A stretch of 64,000 nt of DNA from contig CAWFGP010000003.1 of NCBI GenBank assembly GCA_963815515.1, forward strand, positions 1,026,429 through 1,090,428. Reading direction: 5' to 3'. This stretch comes from an uncultured Gemmatimonadales bacterium. Its GTDB lineage: Bacteria > Gemmatimonadota > Gemmatimonadetes > Gemmatimonadales > GWC2-71-9. The notes beneath the pieces were generated by a model. That model was given only the letters and a program-made list of their open reading frames with translations, had not been told where the DNA came from and did not search any database. Shown in pieces: positions 34,453-45,518 of this stretch. Position numbers and translations under genes: made by a program. How positions within the stretch are numbered: position 1 is the stretch's first letter; each line of letters starts with the position of its first letter.

Positions 34453-34957
34453 GCTTCCCCCGCTCCTTCAGCCTGGCTCGCTCCTGGGCCCGATAGGCCT
34501 CCACCATCCGCCGGCGGGCCCGCGCCAGGGTGGTACCGATCGCCCCCTTCGCGAGCCCCAGCGTGGCGGCGATCTCCTCGTAGTTGAATCCCTCCGCCCG
34601 GAGCAGCAGAGCCTCGCGATCACGCTCGTTCAGGGTCGCGAGCGCCGCGCGCACCCTCGCCGTCTCCTCCCGCCGCTCCAACTCCTTGTCCGGCGCGTTC
34701 GACGGCTCGTCGTGCTCGGCCCGCAGCAGCTCGAGCCGCCGGCCGTGCGTGGCCGCACGTCGTCCATCTTCACGCACCAGATTGAGTGCCACCGCGAATA
34801 ACCAGGGCCGAGGGTTGTTGGGTGGCGCCGCCACGGCCCGGGCAAAAGTCTCCTGGGCCAGATCCTCCGCCCGATCGCGATCCCCCGTCCGACGATAGAG
34901 CATCCGGACGAGCGAGGCGTAGTACTGCTCGAACAGCTGGGCGAGGTCGGCCGTCAT
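34439..34957 (-). CDS. ECF (sigma-70 family group IV) RNA polymerase sigma factor
   Basis: Region 2 'DRDRAEDLAQETFARAV...PRPWLFAVALNLVRE' and region 4 'LNERDREALLLRAEGFNYEEIAATLGLAKGAIGTTLARARRRM'. Confidence 0.9.
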   Translation of the reverse strand: MTADLAQLFEQYYASLVRMLYRRTGDRDRAEDLAQETFARAVAAPPNNPRPWLFAVALNLVREDGRRAATHGRRLELLRAEHDEPSNAPDKELERREETARVRAALATLNERDREALLLRAEGFNYEEIAATLGLAKGAIGTTLARARRRMVEAYRAQERARLKERGKHVAS

Positions 34958-35194
34958 GACTCCGAACGGTGATGGGCATGCCTCCCCAACGTCCCAAATT
35001 GGCGGACGGGAGACAATCTGGCTGTGATGCGCATCCTAATCGGGCCACTGAAGTTGCGTCCAGCCCCGGCCCCGGCACTGACGCAAATTACTACACCTGT
35101 TGTACTTAGCGGCACATTGACAGCCCCGCGCAAAGCGCCCCGAGCCAGAGGAGATGTTCCCATGGCCCGGGGTTGCACGTCCTGTGCCCGGCGG

Positions 35195-36943
<1,749 letters not shown>

Positions 36944-36966
36944 CTCTCACAGGGCCGGCCGCGCGA

Positions 36967-38844
36967 TCAGGCGCGCGCGTCGGCCTCTTCCATCAAAAGA
37001 ATCACGCCGCGAGCTTCGTCGCCCGGGCCGGTTGCCAAGGGGGTGCATGTCACGCGGACCTGCACCGGTCGGCCGCGACGATTGGTGGCGTCCAGGGTCA
37101 TCTCGAGAAACTCGGACTCGCGCGCCAGGCAGGCGCGGATCGGCGCCCTGAGCCGGTCGACCGGAAGCCCGATGTCCAGATTGAGAAAGTTCTTGTGCAG
37201 CGCCTCGTCCTGCCGGAGCCCCCACATGTCCTCGGCCCGGCGGGACCACTTGCGGATGTGAAGATCGCGATCCACCACCGCCACGGCGCTTCGGAACGAG
37301 GTGAGGATCGACTCGAGGAACCCGTTGAGCTCGCCCAGCTGGTCGCCCCGCTCGCGCGCCTCGTCGTTGATCGTCTGGAGCTCCTCGTTGGTCGACTGGA
37401 GCTCCTCGTTCATGGTCTCCAGCTCCTCGTTGGTCGACTGCAGCTCCTCGTTGGTGGTCTCCAGCTCTTCGACCGTGGATTGCAGCTCCTCGTTGGTCGT
37501 CTCCAGCTCCTCGTTGGTGGACTGCAGCTCCTCGAGCGCCGTCTCGAGCTCCTGACTGGCGCGTTGCACTTCCTCCTGGAGGCGCCGCTGACGGCTCACG
37601 TCGGTGAACTGGACGCTGACGCCGAGAGGAAGACCCGCGAGGTCGACGAGAGGGACGACCGCAAGCTCGAGGAAGACGATCTGGCCGCCGGGGCCGGTCC
37701 AGCGGCCTTCGACCGATGCCGTAGGACGCCGCTCGAGATAGGCGCGCTCGATGCTGGAGCGCAGCTCGAACGGCCGGTAGGAGAGCTCGAGGTCCTGCAG
37801 GGGCCGGCCGATGTCCCGCGGGCTCACCCCGAACATCGCGCGCAGGCGCTGATTGGCCTGGACCACGTATCCGTCACGATCGACCACCAGCTCCGCGACG
37901 GGTCCGACGTCGCCGGCGGCCTCGCGCAGGTGGCGAGTGGTGTCGTGCTCGTTGGAGTTCGCGAAGGTCAGGTGCCGCACCTCCGTTTGGTGCTCGGTCT
38001 TGGCGAAAAGCCGCCGTTTGACGTCCACCGGCTCGAACGCGGCGCTCTGGGCCAGCAGCGTCTCCGCCTTGCCCAGGAATAGTACCCCGCGGGGTACCAG
38101 CGCGAAATGGAACCGCGACAGAATCCGCGCCTGCGCTTCGGTGTTGAAGTACATCAGGCAGTTGCGGCAGATCAGCAGATCTACGCGGGAAATCGGGGCG
38201 TCCTGGATGAGGTCGTGCCGGCCGAAGATGACCCCTCGCCGGAGCTCCTTGTTGAAGACGAACCGGTCATCCTGCCGGTCGAAGTACCGGTCCAGCAGCG
38301 GGGCCGGAACGTCCTCCACGGCGCGAGGGGCGTACATGGCATGGCGGGCCTCCGCGAGAGCCTCTTCATCCGCGTCGGTGGCGTAGATCTTCACCCGCTC
38401 GCGAAACGCCTCGGTTCCCATCGCCTCTGCGAGGAGGATGGCGATCGAATAGGCCTCTTCTCCCGAGGCGCAGCCCGCGCTCCAGACCCGGAGCGGGCTG
38501 GTCGCCTCCGGCGGGCCGATGAGGCCCGGCAGGATCTCGTCGCGGAGGTATTCCCAGTTCGCAGGGTCACGGAAGAAGCTGGTGACGTTGATGAGGATGG
38601 TATTGAACAGCCGGGTGAACTCCTCGGGGTCCACCTGCAGGAAGTCGAGGTAGGCGGCGAACCGCATCAGGCCCAGCGTCTGCATGCGCACCTGCACGCG
38701 GCGCATCAGGCTGGCCCGCTTGTAGGCGGTGAAATCGAAGCCCCGGCTCTGCTTCAGATGGGCGAGCAGAGCCTCGAATTCGGCGGCCGCATCGGCATCG
38801 TCCGGCGGAATCTGCTCGCTGACGCTGGGCGTGGGCCTGGTCAT
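36967..38844 (-). CDS. cheR: CheR-type protein-glutamate O-methyltransferase fused to PAS / ELQSTNEEL coiled-coil / PAS
   Basis: Track ORF 36967..40044, trimmed to ATG 38844 (ATGA overlap with the upstream gene). Shows 'GFDFTAYKRASLMRRVQVRM', 'FFRDPANWEYL', 'RVWSAGCASGEEAYSIAILL', 'LICRNCLMYF' and the repeat 'LEELQSTNEELETTNEELQSTVEELETTNEELQSTNEELETMNEELQSTNEELQ'. Confidence 0.9.
   Translation of the reverse strand: MTRPTPSVSEQIPPDDADAAAEFEALLAHLKQSRGFDFTAYKRASLMRRVQVRMQTLGLMRFAAYLDFLQVDPEEFTRLFNTILINVTSFFRDPANWEYLRDEILPGLIGPPEATSPLRVWSAGCASGEEAYSIAILLAEAMGTEAFRERVKIYATDADEEALAEARHAMYAPRAVEDVPAPLLDRYFDRQDDRFVFNKELRRGVIFGRHDLIQDAPISRVDLLICRNCLMYFNTEAQARILSRFHFALVPRGVLFLGKAETLLAQSAAFEPVDVKRRLFAKTEHQTEVRHLTFANSNEHDTTRHLREAAGDVGPVAELVVDRDGYVVQANQRLRAMFGVSPRDIGRPLQDLELSYRPFELRSSIERAYLERRPTASVEGRWTGPGGQIVFLELAVVPLVDLAGLPLGVSVQFTDVSRQRRLQEEVQRASQELETALEELQSTNEELETTNEELQSTVEELETTNEELQSTNEELETMNEELQSTNEELQTINDEARERGDQLGELNGFLESILTSFRSAVAVVDRDLHIRKWSRRAEDMWGLRQDEALHKNFLNLDIGLPVDRLRAPIRACLARESEFLEMTLDATNRRGRPVQVRVTCTPLATGPGDEARGVILLMEEADARA
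37375..37563. repeat. About 9 imperfect tandem copies of a 21-nt unit (CTGSAGCTCCTCGTTGGTSGW) encoding the ELQSTNE heptad coiled coil
   Basis: Unit boundaries counted by hand at 37375, 37396, 37417, 37438, 37459, 37480, 37501, 37522 and 37543. Lies inside the cheR-PAS CDS. Confidence 0.75.
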
Positions 38845-39449
38845 GCCGGGACTCCGCAACCTAGGAGGGTCTCCAGCTCGGCGGCGATGTCGCCGAGCGG
38901 CAGCACACGATCGACGCCGCCGGCCCGCCGGGCGGCGCGGGGCATGTCCGGGCAGGCCGACGTGGCATCGTCCTGCACCAGCACGGTTCCGCCCAGGCGC
39001 CGCAGCACCTGCGCGCCTTCGGCGCCGTCGACCCCGTACCCGGTCAGCACGACGGCGATGGCCCACGGACCGTACCTGGCGCCGACCGACGCGAAGAGCC
39101 GGTCGGCCGAGGGGCGGCACCAGTGGACTGGCGGCAGGTGCGACAGGACGAGCCGGCCGTCGCCACCGACGAGAAGATGCGCGCCCGGCGGGGCCACGTA
39201 CACCACTCCATGCTCGAGCCGCATGCCCTGCGTTGCCTGGCGGACGGCGAGCGGCGTGCGCTCGGCAAGAATCTCGGTGAGATGGCTCCGTTGGTCGGGT
39301 GACAGGTGCTGCAGGACGAGGATGGCCGCCGGCAGCGTCGCGGGCAGCGTCCGGAGCACCTCGGAGAGGGCGGCCAGCCCGCCGGAGGAGGCGGCGATGG
39401 CGATCACCCGGGTGGCGGCCTTCGGTCGGCGCATCGTCACTGCGCTCAT
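38841..39449 (-). CDS. cheB: CheB-type methylesterase domain protein (no receiver domain)
   Basis: C-terminal part of track ORF 38841..40580, starting at ATG 39449. Shows 'VIAIAASSGGLAAL', 'VLQHLSPD' and 'VLTGYGVDGAEG' (Ser/His/Asp triad positions). ATGA overlaps at both ends. Confidence 0.85.
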   Translation of the reverse strand: MSAVTMRRPKAATRVIAIAASSGGLAALSEVLRTLPATLPAAILVLQHLSPDQRSHLTEILAERTPLAVRQATQGMRLEHGVVYVAPPGAHLLVGGDGRLVLSHLPPVHWCRPSADRLFASVGARYGPWAIAVVLTGYGVDGAEGAQVLRRLGGTVLVQDDATSACPDMPRAARRAGGVDRVLPLGDIAAELETLLGCGVPA

Positions 39450-40528
39450 TGGTACTCGGCTTCTCGTGACAGTGCGGCCAGGTCCTTGTTCTGGGGCTCG
39501 GCCTCGGCATCCAGCGGCTCCTGGACCGGACTCTTGAGCAGGGTCTGGCGGAGGAGGTTGGAGCCGTGCTCGGCCTGGCGGGCGGCGACTTCGAACTGCG
39601 CCACGGCCCGGTGGAGGCCGCGATGTCCGCACTGCTCGGCCAGGCGCCGGGAGAGCTCGGCCTTTTCCTCGAGCGCGCGGACGGCGGACCAGAGGGCGCC
39701 CTCCAGCGCCCGCGACTGACTGGCGAACAGCGCTTCCTCGCTGAACGCATGGCCGACGTGGCAGCGGAAGTGGAGAAAGCTGTCCTGTTCCCGCTCGAAC
39801 AGCACGCCGCCGCATTCGGGACAGACCATGGGGGATGGGCGGCCGAGCGCCGCCGGGTTCCGGAGGGCGGCGGTTCCGGCCATCGCAGGCTCCGGTACGT
39901 CGTCGGCGCCGGCGGCAAAGTCCCGATGCAGATCGGGTGGAGACGGTTCCTTTTCGGCGCCCTCTGCTCGAGCCACCCGGTCGAGGATGGCTGCGAGCTC
40001 CTGGGCCGGCGCAACGTAGTCCACCGCGACGGACCTGAGCGCACTCATGATCATGCCGGAATAGGCGGCTTCCTCGGGCTCTTGTACCAGCGCCATCCCG
40101 CCGCGGGCCTTGATCTCGATCAGGCCGACCGTGCCATCGTCGAGAGTTCCCGACAGGAGCACGCCGGCGACCCGGGACCCGAACGTCCGAGCCGCGCTCC
40201 GAAAGAGGGGATCGATGGCCGGACGGTGTCCCTGCTCCCGGGGTCCATTGGTGCAGCGGACAAGGCCACCGGTCAGCACCAGATGTTGGTCGGGGCGGGC
40301 GACGCAAATGCTGCCCGGCACGATGACGTCGCCGTCGACCGCCTGCGCGACGTCGAGCGCCGAGACGCGCTGGAGGATGCTGGGGAGCGCGCTGACGCTC
40401 TGGGGCGGGAAATGGTGGACGACGAACACGGCGCCGGGAAAGTCGGCGGGCAGGGCCCCGACCAACCGAAGGAGGGGCTCGATGCCCCCAGCCGAAAAGC
40501 CCAGCACTACAATGTCGTGAACTGGCAT
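39446..40528 (-). CDS. CheB-type methylesterase domain fused to a C-terminal zinc-ribbon/helical domain
   Basis: Track ORF 39446..40537, with ATG 40528. Shows 'IVVLGFSAGGIEPL', 'VVHHFPP', 'LSGTLDDGTVG', then 'CPECGGVLFEREQDSFLHFRCHVGHAFS' and a helical tail. Confidence 0.85.
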   Translation of the reverse strand: MPVHDIVVLGFSAGGIEPLLRLVGALPADFPGAVFVVHHFPPQSVSALPSILQRVSALDVAQAVDGDVIVPGSICVARPDQHLVLTGGLVRCTNGPREQGHRPAIDPLFRSAARTFGSRVAGVLLSGTLDDGTVGLIEIKARGGMALVQEPEEAAYSGMIMSALRSVAVDYVAPAQELAAILDRVARAEGAEKEPSPPDLHRDFAAGADDVPEPAMAGTAALRNPAALGRPSPMVCPECGGVLFEREQDSFLHFRCHVGHAFSEEALFASQSRALEGALWSAVRALEEKAELSRRLAEQCGHRGLHRAVAQFEVAARQAEHGSNLLRQTLLKSPVQEPLDAEAEPQNKDLAALSREAEYQ

Positions 40529-40664
40529 GCCACCCACGCCTTTCTGAACGTAACATAGCGGCCGCTCCAGACCGGCGCAAAGCCGTGGATCACACCGATT
40601 GGCGGGACGCTAAGCCGTTGGGTATCTTTTTCTTGTGTCATCGACGACGCCCACGGAGGACCGC

Positions 40665-41873
40665 ATGCAGACCCAGGCCATGACCGCCCCCGCCCTCACG
40701 GGCGACACCTTCCCCATCAACGGCACCGACTACATCGAGTTCTGGGTCGGAAACGCCAGGCAGGCCAGCCAGTTCTACCGCGCGGCGTTCGGATTCCACC
40801 TGGTGGCATACCGAGGCCCCGAGACCGGGGTCCGGGACCGGGCCAGCTACCTCCTCCAGCAGGAGAAGATCCGGTTCGTGCTGACCACGCCGATCCGGCC
40901 GGACCTGAGCGACGAGGCCCGGATGGTCGCCGACCACATCTACCGCCACGGGGACGGGGTCCGGGACCTGGCGCTGTGGGTGGACGATGCCCGGGAGGCC
41001 CACGCCAAGGCCGTCGAGCGGGGCGCGGTTTCGGCTCAGGAGCCGCGGGTCATCAAGGACGACGACGGCGAGATCGTGATCGCAGCCATCCGGACCTACG
41101 GGGACACCATCCACTCCCTGGTCGAGCGCCGGAACTACCGGGGCCTGTTCATGCCCGGATTCCGGCCGGTAACGCCGCGCTACCAGCCGGCCCAGGTCGG
41201 CCTCAAGTACGTGGATCACTGCGTCGGCAACGTCGAGCTCGGCCGCATGGACACCTGGGTCCGGTTCTACGGCGACGTGATGGGGTTCCGCAACCTGCTC
41301 ACGTTCGACGACAAGGACATCTCGACCGAGTACTCGTCGCTGATGTCGAAGGTGATGGCCAACGGGAACGACCGGATCAAGTTCCCGATCAACGAGCCGG
41401 CGGCCGGGAAGCGGAAGTCGCAGATCGACGAGTATCTCGAGTTCTACCAGGGGCCCGGCGTACAGCACATGGCGCTCGCGACCGACGACATCATCGCGAC
41501 GGTGACGGCGCTCCGGGATCGCGGAGTCGAGTTCCTCACGGTGCCGACCACGTATTACGAGGAGCTGCAGGGCCGCGTGGGGGCGATCGACGAGCCGCTC
41601 GACGCGCTCGCCTCGCTCGGGATCCTGGTCGACCGTGATCCGGACGGCTACCTGCTCCAGATCTTCACCAAGCCGGTCGAAGACCGGCCGACGGTGTTTT
41701 ACGAGATCATCCAGCGCAAGGGCGCGCAGGAGCTTCGGGAAGGGCAACTTCCGGGCGCTGTTCGAGGCCATCGAGCGGGAGCAGGCGGCGCGCGGAAATC
41801 TCTGAGGATTGCGATGGGCTTCACCACAGAGGCACAGAGGACACGGAGAGGCAGGCACCAGGAGGCTGGGTGA
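40665..41873 (+). CDS. hppD: 4-hydroxyphenylpyruvate dioxygenase; C-terminal frame broken near 41730
   Basis: SD GGAGGA precedes ATG 40665. Shows 'YIEFWVGNARQASQFY', 'HVDHCVGNVE', 'SKVMANGNDRIKFPINEP', 'GPGVQHMALATDDI' and 'FYEIIQRKGAQ'. The canonical tail 'SFGKGNFRALFEAIEREQAARGNL*' (stop 41803..41805) is in the +1 frame, whereas the track frame runs on into the palindromic element, ending at 41873. Confidence 0.85.
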   Translation: MQTQAMTAPALTGDTFPINGTDYIEFWVGNARQASQFYRAAFGFHLVAYRGPETGVRDRASYLLQQEKIRFVLTTPIRPDLSDEARMVADHIYRHGDGVRDLALWVDDAREAHAKAVERGAVSAQEPRVIKDDDGEIVIAAIRTYGDTIHSLVERRNYRGLFMPGFRPVTPRYQPAQVGLKYVDHCVGNVELGRMDTWVRFYGDVMGFRNLLTFDDKDISTEYSSLMSKVMANGNDRIKFPINEPAAGKRKSQIDEYLEFYQGPGVQHMALATDDIIATVTALRDRGVEFLTVPTTYYEELQGRVGAIDEPLDALASLGILVDRDPDGYLLQIFTKPVEDRPTVFYEIIQRKGAQELREGQLPGAVRGHRAGAGGARKSLRIAMGFTTEAQRTRRGRHQEAG

Positions 41874-41921
41874 ACAGCACACATCCGCAGTCCTCCGCGT
41901 CCTCTGTGCCTCTGTGGTGAA
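41820..41921. repeat. Palindromic intergenic element, family 2 (CACCACAGAGGCACAGAGGACACGGAG ... CTCCGCGTCCTCTGTGCCTCTGTGGTG), copy A
   Basis: About 29-bp arms at 41820..41848 and 41893..41921, between hppD and hmgA. Confidence 0.8.
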
Positions 41922-41961
41922 TCGGATCTTTGTCGGTCAGTGATTCAAGGAGAGATGCACG

Positions 41962-43155
41962 ATGCCGATCTATCACACGATGGGCCAGATCCCCCGCAAG
42001 CGGCACATCGCGTTCCGCCGGCCGGACGGGGGACTGTACGCCGAAGAGCTGATGGGGCACGAGGGGTTTACGGGGACGTCCTCGCTGCTCTACCACACGC
42101 ATCCGCCCACGACCGTCAAGAGCGTGCGGCGGCTCCGGGAGACGAAGTTCGAGGCCGACCCGGACCAGACGCTCCGGCACCGGCACTTCCGCACCTCGCA
42201 GGTGAAGCGCGGGGGGAGTCCCACGCTCGACCGCATTCCGCTGCTGTTCAATCAGGACATCGCGATGCTGTACGTCGAGCCCGACGAGAACGACGCCCAC
42301 TTCTACCGCAACGCCCAGGCCGACGAGCTGGTCTACGTGGCCAAGGGCACGGGCACCCTCGAGTCGGTGTTCGGGGATCTGCCGTACCGCGAAGGGGACT
42401 ATCTCGTCATCCACCGCGGCATCATGCATCGCTGGCGGCTCGATCTCTCGGCCGAGCCGACCAAGCTCCTGGTCATGGAAAGCCGCGGCCACGTGCGCTG
42501 GCCCAAGCGGTACCGGAACGAGTTCGGCCAGCTCATCGAGGGCGCGCCCTACAGCGAGCGCGACATCCGGCGGCCCGGCACGCTCCGGACCCATGACGAG
42601 CGCGGGGACTTCCCGATCCTGGTGAAGCAGTACGACGGGCTCAACGAGATCATCCTCGACCACCATCCGTTCGACGTCGTGGGCTGGGACGGCTATTTCT
42701 ACCCGTGGGCGTTCAACATCTACGATTTCGAGCCGATCGTCGGCCGCGTGCACCAGCCGCCGCCGGTGCACCAGACCTTCCAGGGCGACGGGTTCGTCGT
42801 CTGCAGCTTCTGTCCGCGGCCGTACGATTTCCATCCCGAAGCGGTGCCCGCGCCGTACAACCACAGCAACGTCGACTCGGACGAGGTGCTGTACTACGCC
42901 TCGAGCGAGTTCATGAGCCGGAAGGGGATCGAGTTCGGCAGCATCACCCACCATCCCGACGGCATCCCGCACGGCCCGCACCCGGGTCGCGCCGAGGCGA
43001 GCATCGGCGCCAAGTATACCGAGGAGCTGGCCGTGATGATGGACAGCTTCCGGCCGCTCAAGGTCGCGACGGCGGCGACGACGATCGAGGATCCGGAGTA
43101 CCACAAGTCCTGGCTGGACGCGCAGCACGCGCAGTTCAATCCGCCGACTTCGTGA
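41962..43155 (+). CDS. hmgA: Homogentisate 1,2-dioxygenase (short bacterial type)
   Basis: 397 aa: 'MPIYHTMGQIPRKRHIAFR..GGLYAEELMGHEGFTG', 'YRNAQADELVYVAKGTG', 'FDVVGWDGYFYPW', 'PYNHSNVDSDEVLYY' and 'HPDGIPHGPHPG'. Confidence 0.85.
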   Translation: MPIYHTMGQIPRKRHIAFRRPDGGLYAEELMGHEGFTGTSSLLYHTHPPTTVKSVRRLRETKFEADPDQTLRHRHFRTSQVKRGGSPTLDRIPLLFNQDIAMLYVEPDENDAHFYRNAQADELVYVAKGTGTLESVFGDLPYREGDYLVIHRGIMHRWRLDLSAEPTKLLVMESRGHVRWPKRYRNEFGQLIEGAPYSERDIRRPGTLRTHDERGDFPILVKQYDGLNEIILDHHPFDVVGWDGYFYPWAFNIYDFEPIVGRVHQPPPVHQTFQGDGFVVCSFCPRPYDFHPEAVPAPYNHSNVDSDEVLYYASSEFMSRKGIEFGSITHHPDGIPHGPHPGRAEASIGAKYTEELAVMMDSFRPLKVATAATTIEDPEYHKSWLDAQHAQFNPPTS

Positions 43156-43202
43156 GGACTCGGGGCGCGCGGCGGCGCTCCGAGGATCCGCAGTGTCTTC
43201 TC

Positions 43203-43279
43203 TTCCACCACGGAAGCACGGAAGGCACGGAGGACAGCGTTGTTATGTTCTCCGTGCCTTCCGTGTTTCCGTGGTGAGG
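43203..43279. repeat. Palindromic intergenic element, family 2, copy B (CCACCACGGAAGCACGGAAGGCACGGAGGA ... TCTCCGTGCCTTCCGTGTTTCCGTGGTG)
   Basis: Arms at 43203..43234 and 43249..43279. They are related to, but not identical with, copy A. The motif ATCCGCAGT is also shared (41883 and 43186). Confidence 0.75.
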
Positions 43280-43300
43280 CCATAGCCTAACCACACTTCC

Positions 43301-45314
43301 ATGTCCGCTGAATTCGCCACCACCGATCCGATCTGGACCCCGAGCCCCGAGCGCATCGCGCGGGCAAACATGACGCGGTTCCTGGCGCATGTGCGGCACG
43401 CGCGGCCGGCCGGGGCGGAGGAGGTGTGGGACGTTGGCTCGCTCTACCAGTGGTCGGTCGCCCGGCCGGAGGCGTTCTGGCCCGAGGTGTGGCGGTTTTG
43501 CGGGGTGGTGGCGGAGGAGCGGCCGGGACGGGTGCCGTGGGACGAGGTCGTCGCCGGCCTCGATCGGATGGCACCGCCGGCCCCGGCACTGGGCCCGAAA
43601 TGGTTCACCGGCGCGCGGCTCAACTTCGCCGAGAACCTGCTGCGGCACGATGGCGACGGTGACGCGCTGGTCTTCTGGAACGAGGGCGGACGGCAGCAGC
43701 GGCTGAGCCGTGGCCAGCTCCGGCAAGAGGCCGCGGCGGCCGCGGCCGCGCTCGCGGCGTTCGGCGTGGGGCCCGGTGACCGGGTCGCCGGCTTCCTGCC
43801 GAACCTGCCCGAAACCGTCATCGCCATGCTGGCCACGGCCAGCCTGGGAGCGGTCTGGTCGTCCTGCTCACCGGACTTCGGCGCCAACGGCGTCATCGAT
43901 CGCTTCGGCCAGATCCGGCCCAAGGTGCTGATCTGCGCGGACGGCTACCGCTACGCGGGGAAAGGCCATCGACTCGCTCGCGCGGGTGCGTGAGGTGTGC
44001 GTGCGGCTGCCGGGGATCGAGCGGGTGATCGTCGTTCCCTACCTCGACCCGTGGCCCGACCTCGGGGCGCTGCCGGGGGCCGTGCGCTGGGACGAGCTGC
44101 TCGACGCGCACCGCGGACAGGCCCAGCCCGCCTATGCCCACCTGCCGTTCGATCATCCGCTCTACATCATGTATTCCTCGGGCACGACGGGGCTGCCCAA
44201 GTGCATGGTGCACGGGGCCGGCGGCACGCTGCTGCAGCACTTGAAGGAGCTGGCGCTGCATACCGATCTCGGCCCCGACGACCGGGTCTTCTACTTCACC
44301 ACGTGCGGCTGGATGATGTGGAACTGGGTCGTCTCCGCGCTCGCGCTCGGGGCGACGGTAGTGCTGTTCGACGGCGCGCCGCTCGCGCCGCCGCCGATTC
44401 TGTGGCGGCTGGCCGCGGAGGAGCGGGTGACGGTGTTCGGGACCAGCGCAAAGTACCTCGCCCTCGCGGAGAAGGAGGGGCTCACACCCGCACGCACGCA
44501 CGATCTCTCGGCTCTCCGCGCGATCCTCTCGACCGGCAGCCCGCTCGCGGCCAGCAGCTACGACTACGTCTACGGGTCGATCAAGCGCGACGTGCACCTG
44601 GCGAGCATCAGCGGCGGCACCGACATCATCTCCTGCTTCGCGCTCGGCAACCCGGTGGGTCCGGTCTGGCGCGGCGAACTGCAGATGCGCGGGCTGGGCA
44701 TGGCGGTCGAGGTCTTCGACGCGGCCGGCCAGCCGGTGCGGGGAGCCGACGGGGAGCTGGTCTGCACGCGTCCCTTTCCGAGCATGCCCGTCGCGTTCTG
44801 GGACGATCCCGATGGCGCGCGCTACCAGGCCGCGTATTTCGACGTGTTCCCGGGCGTCTGGCGGCATGGTGACTGGGCGCGGCTGACCGGCCATGACGGG
44901 CTCGTGATCCTGGGCCGGAGCGACGCGACCCTCAATCCGGGCGGTGTCCGAATCGGCACGGCGGAGATATATCGCCAGGTCGAGCCGCTGCCCGAGGTCG
45001 TGGAAAGCCTGGTCGTGGGGCAGGAATGGGACGGGGATGTGCGGATCGTCCTGTTCGTGCGCCTGCGCGAGGGTGCCGTACTCGACGACGGCCTGCAGGA
45101 CCGGATTCGCCGCCGGATCCGGGAGCACGCGAGCCCTCACCACGTACCGCGTAAGATCGTGCAGGTGGCCGACATCCCGCGGACCATCAGCGGCAAGATC
45201 ACCGAGCTGGCCGTGCGCGAGGTGATCCACGGGCGGCCCGTCGCGAATGTGGACGCGCTGGCGAATCCCAAGGCCCTGGACCTGTACCGCGATCTGGAGG
45301 CGCTCCAGAGCTGA
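43301..45314 (+). CDS. Acetoacetate-CoA ligase (acetoacetyl-CoA synthetase); frame broken near 43957..43966
   Basis: Track ORFs 43301..43993 and 43986..45314 are two halves. '...[10 protein letters not shown]' is in frame 1, and '[28 protein letters not shown]...[18 protein letters not shown]' is in the next frame. This is consistent with one extra G in 'GGGGAAAGG'. Confidence 0.85.
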
Positions 45315-45518
45315 TCAGCGACCCCCGAAAGTGTGATCTATGACCTATCGCCATTTGGGCGACCCGGGTAGCTTGGTGCCTCAGATTGATCGCGAACGTG
45401 CAGGCGACTTGGAATCGAACGCGAATTATTGCAGACTATCTGCAGGCCCGCAGCTGACGAACGATCGGCGACGACACCCAGTGCGGGCATGGGCTCGGTC
45501 GCCACTAGGAGCGAACTC

